Shown: in pieces, positions 9,491 through 19,647 of the stretch | Numbering within the stretch: position 1 is the first letter of the stretch | Layout: each line of letters starts with the position of its first letter | Assembly: GCA_017525875.1 (NCBI GenBank) | Contig: JAFXSG010000013.1 | Coordinates: forward strand, 154 to 64,153 | DNA: 64,000 nt | From: Clostridia bacterium | Lineage (GTDB): Bacteria; Bacillota; Clostridia; Christensenellales; CAG-138 | Reading direction: 5' to 3' | Position numbers and translations under genes: made by a program | The notes under the pieces: model-generated | The model's database searches: none | The model's input: only the letters and a program-made list of their open reading frames with translations | Told to the model about the DNA's origin: nothing

Positions 9491-10477
9491 ATGATTAAGG
9501 CGGGACAGATGGCAGGAAAATCGGCGAGATCCGAAAAGGAAAGGAAAAAGCGCAGGTTCAAACGGGTCCTGAGCGCGGCTGTGTCGCTCGTTTTCATCGT
9601 GCTCGCCGTGCTTGCGATCCGCCTGCATTGGTTCGATAACGTCTTTTCCTCCTGTGTTGACGGCGAGCTCGACCCGATCCCGCTGCCGAAGGAGGGCTGC
9701 CTGAGCATCTACGTGCTCGACGTCGGTCAGGGCGATTGTTCGCTCCTTGTCTCTCCAAACGGCAGGACCATGCTTATCGATGCGGGCGACGCGGCCTATT
9801 CGCCGAAGGTCATCTCCACGCTCGAAGGTCTTGGCGTGTACTCGCTTGACGTCGCCGTCGGCACGCATCCTCATTTCGATCATATCGGAGGTATGCCCGC
9901 CGTACTTAACGCAATGCCCGTAGGCGAGTACTGGATGCCGGAAGTGCCTTTTGAGGCGTACACGCAGAGCTTCACCGATCGCGCTCTCGAAGAAAACGGC
10001 GTCAAAACAAACATCGCGTGGAACGGCAAAACTATCGATTGGGATAAGGACTGCGTCGTAACCGTGCTGTCACCCGCGCGCGGAGTCGAGTATTCGGACG
10101 TCGACGCGAACGATTACAGCATCATCCTGCGCGTTGAATATGGCGAAAACGCGATGCTGTTCACCGGCGACGCGACCGTTCACGCGGAACAGCTTGCAAT
10201 GTATCAAAACGAAAAAGCGTTGTTCGACGCCGACGTGCTGAAGGTCGCGCATCACGGCTCGACCACGGGCTCGAGCTACGGCTTTCTCGAAGCCGTAAGC
10301 GCAAAGACCGCCGTGATCTCAGTCGGCAGGAACAACGATTACGGTCATCCGGATTTCGACATTTTGAACCGGCTCCGTGCCACAGGTTCCGATATCTTCC
10401 GGACGGATAAGAACGGAACGGTCTCTGTCTTTATGGACGGAAGTAACATTTCCGTCGAAGTGCAAAAGCATAAATAG
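9491..10477 (+). CDS. Membrane-anchored MBL-fold metallo-hydrolase (ComEC C-terminal domain-like)
   Basis: N-terminal TM helix, then SIYVLDVGQGDCSLLVSPNGRTMLIDAGD and GTHPHFDHIGG (HxHxDH), and VAHHGS. TAG stop. Confidence 0.85.
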   Translation: MIKAGQMAGKSARSEKERKKRRFKRVLSAAVSLVFIVLAVLAIRLHWFDNVFSSCVDGELDPIPLPKEGCLSIYVLDVGQGDCSLLVSPNGRTMLIDAGDAAYSPKVISTLEGLGVYSLDVAVGTHPHFDHIGGMPAVLNAMPVGEYWMPEVPFEAYTQSFTDRALEENGVKTNIAWNGKTIDWDKDCVVTVLSPARGVEYSDVDANDYSIILRVEYGENAMLFTGDATVHAEQLAMYQNEKALFDADVLKVAHHGSTTGSSYGFLEAVSAKTAVISVGRNNDYGHPDFDILNRLRATGSDIFRTDKNGTVSVFMDGSNISVEVQKHK

Positions 10478-10494
10478 AGGAAGGAGGGAGCAAA

Positions 10495-11379
10495 GTGTAC
10501 TGCAGCTACTGCAAGGTCAGGATCGACACGGGCAATTACTGCCCGATCTGCGGGCGCAGGCTAAGCCCGAACGAGTTCAACGCGGGCGCGATCGTCGATG
10601 AAAGCGTGATCGAAGACCGGCGCAGCGTTCGGAGCAGGGGACCGCGTTTCAACTTCAGCAAGCCGCTCTGCCTCTTCTTCGCTTTGCTGCTCGTCGCTTT
10701 GATGATCCTTCCGTGGTTCTCCGTTTCCGTATCGGTCTCCGGCGTTCGGCTGTTGAACGAAAAAAAGCTCGGCATATTCGAGCTCAGAGCTTTCGTCAAA
10801 AGCTGCTATGAGGCAACAAACAAGCTTATCGGCTCCGAATTCGTATTGACCGAGCAGGGGGAAAGGATCGTCTGGCTCGTGAACGGCGCGCTCATCGCAG
10901 TCACGCTTTATTTCGGCCTTGCCGCAGTGAATATCATCCTGTTCGGCATCATCGGGCTCTTTACCAAGGGCCGCTTGCGTTATTTCTTCGCAAGGGTCGG
11001 GAGCACCGCGCTCTTTATCGGAACGCTCGTTATGATCGCGTCCGTGTTTACAGGCGGACACTTCCTTGCAAGGTTCCTCGCGGATCCGCCTGCCGATCTC
11101 GCCGTTCAGCTCGGCGGAGCTGTTGACCCTGTCGTGTGGCTGTTTGTTTGCGCACTCGCGGCGATACTCTTTCGCACGCTCGGCATCCGGCTGCTTCGAT
11201 ACCTGAACGGCGTCAGCAGCATGAACAGAGGCGATTACAGAACTGCGGAACGCGAGTTTACCATAATCAACGCTGCCGACAAGCTCCCGAGGACATTTTC
11301 AAAAGCAAAACACAGGCGGGGCGCAAGGCATAATACCTACGGCTCGCGCGAAGACTACGGAGACCACGTAGTTGGTTGA
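10495..11379 (+). CDS. Hypothetical polytopic membrane protein with an N-terminal zinc ribbon
   Basis: GTG start after gaaggaggg. CSYC...CPICG zinc ribbon, then several hydrophobic helices. I recognise no family. Confidence 0.6.
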   Translation: MYCSYCKVRIDTGNYCPICGRRLSPNEFNAGAIVDESVIEDRRSVRSRGPRFNFSKPLCLFFALLLVALMILPWFSVSVSVSGVRLLNEKKLGIFELRAFVKSCYEATNKLIGSEFVLTEQGERIVWLVNGALIAVTLYFGLAAVNIILFGIIGLFTKGRLRYFFARVGSTALFIGTLVMIASVFTGGHFLARFLADPPADLAVQLGGAVDPVVWLFVCALAAILFRTLGIRLLRYLNGVSSMNRGDYRTAEREFTIINAADKLPRTFSKAKHRRGARHNTYGSREDYGDHVVG

Positions 11380-11393
11380 CAGAAAGGCATCAA

Positions 11394-12563
11394 ATGGATA
11401 AGAATACCAAAGTCAATGAACGCCGGAATAAGGATCCCGAATACAAATACACCTGGAAGCATCAGCTCAGGCGTTTGCCGTGGCTGCTGCTGATCCCGCT
11501 CGGGATATTCCTCCCGCAGCTCGTGCAGAAATACCCGGATAAGGTGGAGCGTATATACGCCCGCGGGATCTTTCCCGTGCTTTCGCGCATCGTCGGCTGG
11601 ATCAGTTCGCTCGTGCCGGTTTCGCTTGCGGAACTGATTATAGTGATCGTCGGCGCGGCGATCGTGCTCGTGCTCGTCATCCGTCTGCTCCGCGTTCCGT
11701 TCGGGAAGCTCGCAAACCGCAGGAAGAATCGCGTCCGGCTGTTCAGTTTCATCATCTCGATCTGCATCTTCGCGGGAGTACTTCTGAACCTGTTCTACGT
11801 GATGTGGGGGTTCAATCACTACCGCATGCCGCTTCCGAACCTTCTGGGTCTCGAAATCAAACAGCATACTACCGACGACCTTGCCGATCTCACTGAACGG
11901 CTTGCGATAGAAGCTGCGGAACTCAGAGCGCAGGTCGCCGAGGACGAAAACGGCATCTACACGATAGGCGACAAGCAGCTTGCGATGAACAGCGTAGTGA
12001 ACGCCTACAACCGGCTCGGTCAGGGCAACGAGCTGTTCTCAAACAAATGCTATCCCGCAAAAATGCCGCTCTTCTCCAAAATGCTTTCAAAGCTCGATAT
12101 TGCCGGCATCTACATACCCTATACTGCGGAGGAGAACGTCAACGTCGAGCAGCCCGATCTTTACGTGCTGTCCGGAGCGGCGCATGAGACGGCGCATTAT
12201 TTCGGTTTTGCGCGTGAGGACGAAGCGAACTTCCTCGCGTTCTATGCCTCACGCTGGTCCGCGGACGCATCGCTTAGGTATTCGTCAACGATGCTCGCGC
12301 TTATCAACTGTGCCAACAAACTGTATGAGGACGACCGGGATCGCTACTTTGCCATTCGCAGCGCTTATTATACCGAGGGCATGGAACGCGACCTTGCGGA
12401 CTACCGCGTGTATTACGAAAAATACGAGAACGATCCTGCGGGGCAGATCAACGACCAGATCAACGACGCCTATCTCGTCTATCACGGCCAGCAGGACGGC
12501 ATAAAGAGCTACGGAAGAATGGTCGATCTGCTGCTTGATTTCTATTCAAAGAATCCGTTCTGA
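11394..12563 (+). CDS. DUF3810-like membrane protein with an HExxH motif
   Basis: TM helices, then GAAHETAHYFGFAREDEANFLAF. ATG 11394 has GAAAGG upstream; the alternative TTG 11376 overlaps the previous stop. Confidence 0.75.
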   Translation: MDKNTKVNERRNKDPEYKYTWKHQLRRLPWLLLIPLGIFLPQLVQKYPDKVERIYARGIFPVLSRIVGWISSLVPVSLAELIIVIVGAAIVLVLVIRLLRVPFGKLANRRKNRVRLFSFIISICIFAGVLLNLFYVMWGFNHYRMPLPNLLGLEIKQHTTDDLADLTERLAIEAAELRAQVAEDENGIYTIGDKQLAMNSVVNAYNRLGQGNELFSNKCYPAKMPLFSKMLSKLDIAGIYIPYTAEENVNVEQPDLYVLSGAAHETAHYFGFAREDEANFLAFYASRWSADASLRYSSTMLALINCANKLYEDDRDRYFAIRSAYYTEGMERDLADYRVYYEKYENDPAGQINDQINDAYLVYHGQQDGIKSYGRMVDLLLDFYSKNPF

Positions 12564-12629
12564 TACTTCTGAATATAAAGGAAGCGGGCTTTCGGAAACG
12601 CCTTGCGGTTTCGTCCGCTGATAAAACTG

Positions 12630-12672
12630 AGGACCCCGAGAACACAAGAGTATTCCCGGGATCCTTGCTTTT
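12630..12672 (+). terminator. Possible imperfect terminator hairpin after the DUF3810 gene
   Basis: aggaccccg...cccgggatcct forms an interrupted stem followed by a T-rich tract. Confidence 0.3.
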
Positions 12673-12690
12673 CTGTATTCGGTCAGCTGA

Positions 12691-12718
12691 CGAAAACCTG
12701 TATCCGCTTATGCGGATA
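12691..12718 (-). terminator. Possible terminator of ilvE
   Basis: tatccgc-ttat-gcggata hairpin. On the minus strand it is followed by caggTTTTc. Confidence 0.4.
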
Positions 12719-12753
12719 AGCCGTTCGCAACCCCGAACCGTTTTTGGAGCTTA

Positions 12754-13842
12754 TCAGTCCTTGTCGATATCGGTGACCCAGCCGTGGGTGTCTTTGATGC
12801 GGCCCCACTGCAGACCGGTCAGAGTGTTGTAGAGCTTCATGGTCAGCTCGCCGATGCCGTTGTTGACGGACTTGTCGCCGATGTAGATATGCTTGTCGCG
12901 ATATGCCAGCTCGCCAACGGGGGAGACGACCGCCGCGGTACCGGTACCGAAAGCTTCCTGCAGCCTGCCGGTCTCGCCTGCTTCAAACAGCTCTTCGACG
13001 GAGAGGGGACGCTCCTCGACCTCGATGCCCATCTCGCGGGCAAGGGTCATGACGCTGCGGCGAGTGATGCCGGGGAGGATGGTGTCCTCGAGGGGAGCGG
13101 TAACGAGCTTGCCGTCGATGAGGAACATCATGTTCATCGCGCCGACTTCCTGGACGTACTTCATGTGCTCGCCGTCGAGCCAGAGGACCTGGCTGTAGCC
13201 TTCCTTCTCGGCCTCTGCGCCGGCAAGGATGGAGCAGGCGTAGTTGCCGCCGGTCTTTGCAAAGCCGGTGCCGCCGCGGACAGCGCGGACGTATTTGTCC
13301 TCAACGCGGATGCGGATCGGGGCAAGACCTGCCTTGTAGTAAGCGCCGGAGGGAGCGCAGATGATGTAGTAGATGTAGTTCTTAGCAGCGTGTACGCCGA
13401 GCGCCTCGTCGTTCGCGATCATGGTCGGGCGGAGGTAAAGGCTGGTGCCGGGGTTATGGGGGACCCAGTCGCGCTCGACCTGAACGAGCTTACGCATTGC
13501 CTCATAGTTGAAGTCAACGTCAACACGGGGCATGCAGAGACGGTCCGCGGAATCGTTAAGACGCCTTGCGTTATCCTTTGCGCGGAACATCAGGATGCGG
13601 TCATCTTCGGTGCGGTATGCTTTGAGGCCCTCAAAGATCTCCTGTGCATAGTGGAAAACGGAGCTTGCGGGGTCCATGGAGAATCTGTGATAAGGAACGA
13701 TACGTGCGTCATGCCATTCACCGTCAGAATATTCCATGATGAACATATGATCGGTGAAACGTTTGCCGAAGCCGAGAGAAGCTTCTTCTTCCCTTGTGGG
13801 CTTCTGCTTGAGTTCTGTTGCCTTGGTGATCTTGATATCCAT
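12754..13842 (-). CDS. ilvE: Branched-chain amino acid aminotransferase (class IV PLP enzyme)
   Basis: IFEGLKAYRTEDDRILMFR, LYLRPTMI, GGTGFAKTGGNYA and ILPGITRRSV. ATG 13842 is preceded by aggagg; the track start 13902 lies upstream of that SD. Confidence 0.93.
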   Translation of the reverse strand: MDIKITKATELKQKPTREEEASLGFGKRFTDHMFIMEYSDGEWHDARIVPYHRFSMDPASSVFHYAQEIFEGLKAYRTEDDRILMFRAKDNARRLNDSADRLCMPRVDVDFNYEAMRKLVQVERDWVPHNPGTSLYLRPTMIANDEALGVHAAKNYIYYIICAPSGAYYKAGLAPIRIRVEDKYVRAVRGGTGFAKTGGNYACSILAGAEAEKEGYSQVLWLDGEHMKYVQEVGAMNMMFLIDGKLVTAPLEDTILPGITRRSVMTLAREMGIEVEERPLSVEELFEAGETGRLQEAFGTGTAAVVSPVGELAYRDKHIYIGDKSVNNGIGELTMKLYNTLTGLQWGRIKDTHGWVTDIDKD

Positions 13843-13916
13843 GATTTTACCTCCTGAGGATTTGGTAATTCGTTTATAATTCTGCGCTCTGAGCAATGCC
13901 AAAGCGGGAAAATCGT

Positions 13917-14537
13917 TTACATCGGCAGGAATTCTTCGCCGGTCACAACGGGTCTGCTCCTGCCGTCCGTCCGTTCGATAACGTCCGCTGTGAATGCGTC
14001 TGCCCGCTCAGTCGGAACGAGGCAGATAAAGCGGATGCTGTCGGTGAACTCGGTGCCGCGAACGACGGAGTTCGCTCTCACAAAGCCCTCAAGCGCGCCG
14101 TAGCGCGTGTAGTCCACCGAAAACTCGATGACCGAGCATGGAGTCATCACACCGATTCCGGCTTCATTCAGCGCGTCGGAAGCGGAGCGCGAGTATGCGC
14201 GCACGAGCCCGCCGCTGCCGAGAAGGATACCGCCGAAATAGCGGGTTACGACGATCAGCGCGTTCTCTGTCTCCGTGCGGATCAGCGTGTCCATAATGGG
14301 CATACCCGCCGTGCCGCCCGGCTCACCGTCGTCCGAAAACCTGCGTATGCCGCCCAAAAGGCTGTAAGCGTAGCAGTTATGCGTTGCGTCGTAATGGAGC
14401 TTTCGGATCTCCTCAAGCCTGGTTATTGCTTCTTCCTCAGACGTGACGGGGAAGCACCGCCCGATAAAACGGGACCTGTTCACAACAAATTCCGTCTCGG
14501 AAGCTTTCAGAGGAGTTTTATAGGGCTTTAACGCCAT
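13917..14537 (-). CDS. YigZ/IMPACT family protein
   Basis: SETEFVVNRSRFIGRCFPV...HYDATHNCYAY...RFSDDGEPGGTAGMP, followed by a DUF1949-like C-terminus. Start re-picked at MALKPYK. Confidence 0.85.
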   Translation of the reverse strand: MALKPYKTPLKASETEFVVNRSRFIGRCFPVTSEEEAITRLEEIRKLHYDATHNCYAYSLLGGIRRFSDDGEPGGTAGMPIMDTLIRTETENALIVVTRYFGGILLGSGGLVRAYSRSASDALNEAGIGVMTPCSVIEFSVDYTRYGALEGFVRANSVVRGTEFTDSIRFICLVPTERADAFTADVIERTDGRSRPVVTGEEFLPM

Positions 14538-14548
14538 CCGCTGCTCCG

Positions 14549-15736
14549 TTACTTCTCTGCCGCCATCTCGCGGATGAGCTCGCCAAGGCGCTTGATGCCT
14601 TCGCGGATGCGCTCTTCGGGTTCTGCCGAGAAATTGAGGCGGAAGGTATTCTTGCCGGCGCCTTCGTTGGTGTGGAAGGGTGCGCCGGGAACGAACGCGA
14701 CTTTGCGCTCTACCGCGCGGCGGAACAGGTCCTCCGCATCCCATCCTTCGGGGAGGGTGCACCAGATAAACAGACCGCCGACGGGTGCCTGATATTTAAC
14801 GAATTCGGGGAAGTATTCGTTCATCGCGTCGATCATGACGCCTGCGGACTTTGCGTACACGCCGGAGATGAACTCGATATGCTTATCCATCATACCGCGG
14901 TTTATGAACTCCGCAACGATCGCCTGGTTGAGGTTGGGGGAGTGGGTATCGCTGCCCTGTTTGGCGATGGTCATCTTGCGGATGAGCTCCTTGTTGCCGT
15001 AGCAAAGCGCAACGCGCAGGCCGGGGGAGATGGTCTTGGAGAAGCTGGTCAGAACGATCACGTTGTCGCTCGTGTCAAAGCTCTTGATGGTGGGCAGTTT
15101 TTCGCCGGTGAAGCGGAGCGAAGCATAGGGATCGTCTTCGATCACGAGCATATCGTACTCGGCAGCAAGCCTTGCGATCGCCTTGCGCGCCTCCACGCCG
15201 GTAACGTAACCGGAGGGGTTCTGGAAGGTGGGGATCGTGTAGAACATCACGGGATGGTGTTCCTTTACGATCGCCTCAAGCTCGTCAACGTGAAGGCCGT
15301 CCTCATGCAGCGGAACGGTCACGAGCTTAGCCTGCGCAACGTGGAAGGTCTGCAGAGCGCCGAGGAAGCTGGGCTCCTCAACGAGCACCACGTCGCCGGG
15401 GTTGATGACGGCCTTGCAGAGCAGGTCGAGGCCCTGCATGGAACCGGTCAGCGCAAGCACGTTTTCAAGCTCGCCGTGCAGTCCGTTTGAAGGAAGGATA
15501 TAGTCGAGATATGCGCGGCGGAGCGGCATATAACCTTCTGTGGCGCCGTACTGCAGGAGAATATCGGATTTTTCACGAAGAAGATCATCGGTGATCTGAC
15601 GGATCTCTTCCTTGGGGAAACAGGCCTTGGAGGGGTTGCCGCCGCCGAAGGAAATGATCGCGGGGTCGCCAAGCAGCTTAAACAGCTCCCTGATTGCGCT
15701 TCCGGAAACACCTTTCATACGTTCTGCGATCTGCAT
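14549..15736 (-). CDS. Class I/II PLP-dependent aminotransferase (2-aminoadipate/aromatic aminotransferase-like)
   Basis: ISFGGGNPS, TPTFQNPSG, and SFSKTISPGLRV carrying the PLP lysine. Confidence 0.88.
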   Translation of the reverse strand: MQIAERMKGVSGSAIRELFKLLGDPAIISFGGGNPSKACFPKEEIRQITDDLLREKSDILLQYGATEGYMPLRRAYLDYILPSNGLHGELENVLALTGSMQGLDLLCKAVINPGDVVLVEEPSFLGALQTFHVAQAKLVTVPLHEDGLHVDELEAIVKEHHPVMFYTIPTFQNPSGYVTGVEARKAIARLAAEYDMLVIEDDPYASLRFTGEKLPTIKSFDTSDNVIVLTSFSKTISPGLRVALCYGNKELIRKMTIAKQGSDTHSPNLNQAIVAEFINRGMMDKHIEFISGVYAKSAGVMIDAMNEYFPEFVKYQAPVGGLFIWCTLPEGWDAEDLFRRAVERKVAFVPGAPFHTNEGAGKNTFRLNFSAEPEERIREGIKRLGELIREMAAEK

Positions 15737-15881
15737 AGTATAAACCTCCTCAATAATGAAATCGGATCTTATGGTTCTATTGTAGACCCTTAAAGCCGTT
15801 CTTGCAAATATATTTAATCAATAATTATAAGAAACAAAAACAGGCGGAGAAAAAACCGTTTTGCGGGAATAAAGCTTCTTA

Positions 15882-16499
15882 TTACTGCCCGTTCTCGTCC
15901 ATCATGCGTTTAAGGAATTCCCGCTGCAGAAGCGCGTAATGCTTTTGGCTGCGCCATTGGCGCCGCCCTCCTACGCGGGTATAGACGCTTGACTTCGTCT
16001 CGCCCTCAAATCGCATCCCGAGCCTTTTCATTACGGCCTCCGAAGCGGTGTTTTTGCTGTCGCATCTTGCGGTTATGCGGTGAAGGTCGAGCTGAAGAAA
16101 GCCGAATTCAAGCATCTTCGCGGCCGCCTCCGTGCAGTAGCCAAAGCCCCAAAAGCGCTTGTTCAGGATGTAGCCGAGATCTGCCTGCATTCGGTCCTTC
16201 GTCAAATACAGGCCTGCGGATCCGATAAGCTCGCCCGTCTCCTTCAGGCATACCGCAAAGTCATACACGAGGCGGTTTTCGGTTATTTGATGCGCAAGTC
16301 GGGAATGGATGAAGTTCTCAGCTCCTTCACGCGTTTCCGGCCCCCAATCCATAAAATAAGTATTTTCGGCGTCGCCGGAATACTCGAACTTCGCGTCAGC
16401 GTCGTCGATATTGAATTCGCGGATAAAAAGCCGGTCTGTCTCCGCGATAATGAGATCGATCGCGGTCTCTCCGTCTTTGACGATCGTTTCGTTTTCCAT
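15882..16499 (-). CDS. GNAT family N-acetyltransferase (RimJ/RimL-like)
   Basis: LIGSAGLY...GYILNKRFWGFGYCTEAA...HRITARCDSKNTASEAVMKRLGM. ATG 16499 is preceded by ggagg. Confidence 0.85.
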   Translation of the reverse strand: MENETIVKDGETAIDLIIAETDRLFIREFNIDDADAKFEYSGDAENTYFMDWGPETREGAENFIHSRLAHQITENRLVYDFAVCLKETGELIGSAGLYLTKDRMQADLGYILNKRFWGFGYCTEAAAKMLEFGFLQLDLHRITARCDSKNTASEAVMKRLGMRFEGETKSSVYTRVGGRRQWRSQKHYALLQREFLKRMMDENGQ

Positions 16500-16545
16500 C
16501 TTTCCTCCGAAAAAACAAAAAGCCGCCCGAAGAAGCGGCATGGGT

Positions 16546-17682
16546 TCACATGAAGTTGAGCAGTATCTCGTTCTGAAAATCGAGCCCGCGCTTTGTAAGA
16601 TAGAATCGGTCCTTTTCAACGACTATGGTCTCATCGAGCAGAGCGGCGCTTATCGCGGCAGCGTACTGCTCCACGGGATCTATGCCGAACCTTGCTTCAA
16701 ACGCTTTGCGGTCGACGCCGTCCGTCTTGCGAAGACCCATCATGACGCACTCGAACATCTCTTCTTCGCGCTCGATCTCCTGTGTTTCCGCAACGGGGAG
16801 CCTGCCGCTTCCGAGGTCTGTCAAGTATTCCTCGATCGTCGCCTTGTTCGCGAAGCGCACCCATTTGCCGCCCGTATGCAGCGCGGAATGCGAATTGACT
16901 CCAAGTCCGAGATAATCGCCGTTGTTCCAATAGTTCAGGTTATGCCTGCAGCGGAAACCCGGCTTCGCGAAATTGCTTATCTCGTAACGCTCGTAGCCAA
17001 GCTCGGAAAGCAGCTCGAAGCCCGCGTCCTCCATGTCGGCAGTGTCATCCTCGTCCGGCAAGACCGTCTGTCCCGCCGTCACGGAATCATAGAGCGGCGT
17101 GGCTTCTTCGAGTATGAGCGCGTAGGAGGAGATATGCGCCGCGCCGAGCTTGGCCGCAAGGCGGATGGAATCAAGATATGATCCCATGGTCTGGCCCGGC
17201 AGCCCGTGCATTACGTCGACGTTGATATTGTCAAAACCGGCATTCTGCGCGGCGCGGAACGCAAGCACGAATTCATCCGCGGTATGGATCCTGCCGATCA
17301 ATGAAAGCACTTTGTCGTCCGCGCTCTGCATGCCGATCGAAATGCGGTTTATACCGGCGGCGCGGTATTGTTCGGCCTTTGCTTCGGTCAGGGATTCCGG
17401 ATTGCACTCGATCGTGATCTCCGCGCCCTTTGCAATCGAAAAGCAGCTGCGCGCCTCGGAGAGCAGCCTGCCGATCAGCTCCGCGGGCAGCAGGGAAGGG
17501 GTCCCTCCGCCGATAAAGACCGTGTCGAACTCACGCCCCTTCATCAGCGGCGCATACAGCCTCATCTCGGTGATCAGCGCGGCGGAATACGCAAGATGAT
17601 CGTTCCGTCCTGCGAAGCTCACGAAATCGCAGTAGCGGCATTTCTTTTTGCAGTATGGGATATGTATGTAGAGTCCGGCCAT
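16546..17682 (-). CDS. hemW: Radical SAM heme chaperone HemW (oxygen-independent coproporphyrinogen oxidase-like)
   Basis: LYIHIPYCKKKCRYCDF (CxxxCxxC), an HemN_C-like C-terminus, and the classic position directly downstream of lepA (TGATG overlap). Confidence 0.92.
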   Translation of the reverse strand: MAGLYIHIPYCKKKCRYCDFVSFAGRNDHLAYSAALITEMRLYAPLMKGREFDTVFIGGGTPSLLPAELIGRLLSEARSCFSIAKGAEITIECNPESLTEAKAEQYRAAGINRISIGMQSADDKVLSLIGRIHTADEFVLAFRAAQNAGFDNINVDVMHGLPGQTMGSYLDSIRLAAKLGAAHISSYALILEEATPLYDSVTAGQTVLPDEDDTADMEDAGFELLSELGYERYEISNFAKPGFRCRHNLNYWNNGDYLGLGVNSHSALHTGGKWVRFANKATIEEYLTDLGSGRLPVAETQEIEREEEMFECVMMGLRKTDGVDRKAFEARFGIDPVEQYAAAISAALLDETIVVEKDRFYLTKRGLDFQNEILLNFM

Positions 17683-17921
17683 CAGTTGATTCTGAGAACA
17701 CTCATGAACGCTTCGCTCGGCAGTTCGACGGAGCCGATCTGCCTCATGCGCTTTTTGCCCTCTTTCTGCTTTTCAAGCAGCTTTTTCTTTCGGGTGATAT
17801 CGCCGCCGTAGCACTTCGCGAGCACGTCCTTTCTGAGCGCTCGCACGGTCTCCCTCGCGATGATCTTGCCGCCGATCGCGGCCTGGATCGGGATCTCGAA
17901 CTGCTGGCGAGGTATGACCTC
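17682..17921 (-). pseudogene. lepA: 3' segment of lepA (79 codons plus TGA), in frame immediately after the internal TAG; encodes the conserved LepA C-terminal domain
   Basis: Manual translation gives [79 protein letters not shown]. The TGA stop overlaps the hemW ATG. Confidence 0.85.
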
Positions 17922-19484
17922 CTACAGCTTTTCAGCGACTGCGCGCCCCTTGGCATAGGCCTTGTCGCGGTGAACGATCGTGGAGAGCGCGTCGCACATG
18001 TCGCCGTTCAGAAGGAAATCGAGCTTCACAAGGTCGCTTTGGACGTAGTCGCTGATCTCATAGTCGAACGAAGCGTAGCCCCTCGAGCGGCTCTTCAGGC
18101 TGTCGAAGAAATCGAAGATGATCTCGTTCAGCGGGATCTGATAGGTCAGTTTGACCCTCGTCTGCTCGAGATACGTCATGTCGACGAACACGCCGCGCTT
18201 CTCCTGGCTGAGCTCCATTATGGTGCCGACGTATTCCGGAGGCGTCATGATATGCGCCTCGCACATCGGTTCCTCCATGTGCTCTATCTCGGTCACGGGC
18301 GGGAGGTTCGCAGGGTTATCGATCATAACGATCCTGCCGTCGGTCATGACGAGCCGGTAGATGACGCTCGGCGCAGTGGTGACGAGGTCAAGGTCGAACT
18401 CCCTTTCGAGCCTTTCCTGAGCGATCTCCATGTGCAGAAGGCCGAGGAAGCCGCAGCGGAAGCCGTATCCCAATGCCTGACTGGTCTCGGGCTCATAGCT
18501 GATCGAAGCGTCATTCAGGATCAGCTTTTCAAGAGCGTCGCGCAGGTTCTCGTAGTCCGCGCCGTCGGCCGGATAGATGCCGCAGAAGACCATCGGGCTG
18601 GCCTGCTTGTAGCCGTGCAGAGGCTCCTTCGCGGGGTTGAGCGCGAGCGTGATCGTGTCGCCGACCTTGGTCTCGGCAACGGATTTTATAGAAGCGGAAA
18701 TATAGCCGACCTCGCCCGTGGAAAGCTCGCCGACGGGCTTTAGGGTGGGGGAGAACACGCCCACTTCCGTGACGTCGAACTCATTGCCTGTATGCATGAA
18801 ACGGATGCGGTCTCCGGGGCGCACGACGCCGTCCATGATGCGGACGTAGCTGAGCGCTCCCTTATAATTATCGTAGAAGCTGTCGAATATCAGCGCACGC
18901 AGCGGCGCATCGTCCTCGCCCTTCGGCGCCGGGAAATCGGTAACGATCCTCGCAAGCACCTGCTCAACGTTCAGGCCGGTCTTTGCCGATACCTGCGGCG
19001 CGTCCTCGGCGGGCAGGCCGATGATGTCCTCGATCTCGCGGATCGCGTTCTCGGCGTCGGCGGAAGGCAGGTCGATCTTGTTTATGACGGGCAGTATCTC
19101 AAGGCCGTTATCGACCGCAAGATAGACGTTTGCGAGCGTCTGCGCTTCGATGCCCTGCGTCGCGTCGATGATCAGCACCGCTCCGTCGCACGCCGCGAGC
19201 GCACGGCTGACCTCGTAGGTGAAGTCGACGTGGCCAGGAGTGTCGATAAGGTTGAGCATGTATTTCTTCCCGTCGGTATGGGTATAGAACATCTGAACGG
19301 CGGTGGACTTGATCGTGATGCCGCGTTCGCGCTCGATGTCCATGGAGTCAAGCAGCTGATCCTCCATATCGCGCTGAGCAACAGTCTCCGTGATCTCCAT
19401 AAGCCGGTCCGCAAGGGTGGACTTGCCGTGATCGATGTGGGCGATTATGCAAAAGTTTCTTATCAGTTCACGCGGGTATGCCAT
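17922..19484 (-). CDS. lepA: Translation elongation factor 4 (LepA), reading frame terminated early by an in-frame TAG at 17922-17924
   Basis: [29 protein letters not shown] and NKIDL GTPase motifs, then EF4 domains II-V. ATG 19484 is preceded by ggagga. The ORF ends ...AVAEKL-TAG, before the conserved C-terminal domain. Confidence 0.95.
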   Translation of the reverse strand: MAYPRELIRNFCIIAHIDHGKSTLADRLMEITETVAQRDMEDQLLDSMDIERERGITIKSTAVQMFYTHTDGKKYMLNLIDTPGHVDFTYEVSRALAACDGAVLIIDATQGIEAQTLANVYLAVDNGLEILPVINKIDLPSADAENAIREIEDIIGLPAEDAPQVSAKTGLNVEQVLARIVTDFPAPKGEDDAPLRALIFDSFYDNYKGALSYVRIMDGVVRPGDRIRFMHTGNEFDVTEVGVFSPTLKPVGELSTGEVGYISASIKSVAETKVGDTITLALNPAKEPLHGYKQASPMVFCGIYPADGADYENLRDALEKLILNDASISYEPETSQALGYGFRCGFLGLLHMEIAQERLEREFDLDLVTTAPSVIYRLVMTDGRIVMIDNPANLPPVTEIEHMEEPMCEAHIMTPPEYVGTIMELSQEKRGVFVDMTYLEQTRVKLTYQIPLNEIIFDFFDSLKSRSRGYASFDYEISDYVQSDLVKLDFLLNGDMCDALSTIVHRDKAYAKGRAVAEKL

Positions 19485-19599
19485 GTATCCTCCGATGATC
19501 GGAACGCCGCAGCGTCCGGGATGCATATTTAATTTATTATACCTTAAAAGCCGATGGTTTGCAACCGAAATGAAATGAAAGAGCGGGGGATACGATAAA

Positions 19600-19619
19600 G
19601 GGACGGCCTGAGCCGTCCC
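19600..19619 (-). terminator. Terminator hairpin downstream of rpsU
   Basis: gggacggc-ctga-gccgtccc forms an 8-bp GC-rich stem. A T-containing tract follows on the minus strand. Confidence 0.55.
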
Positions 19620-19647
19620 AATATGTTTTGTGTTTCTGCCGAAAGGA

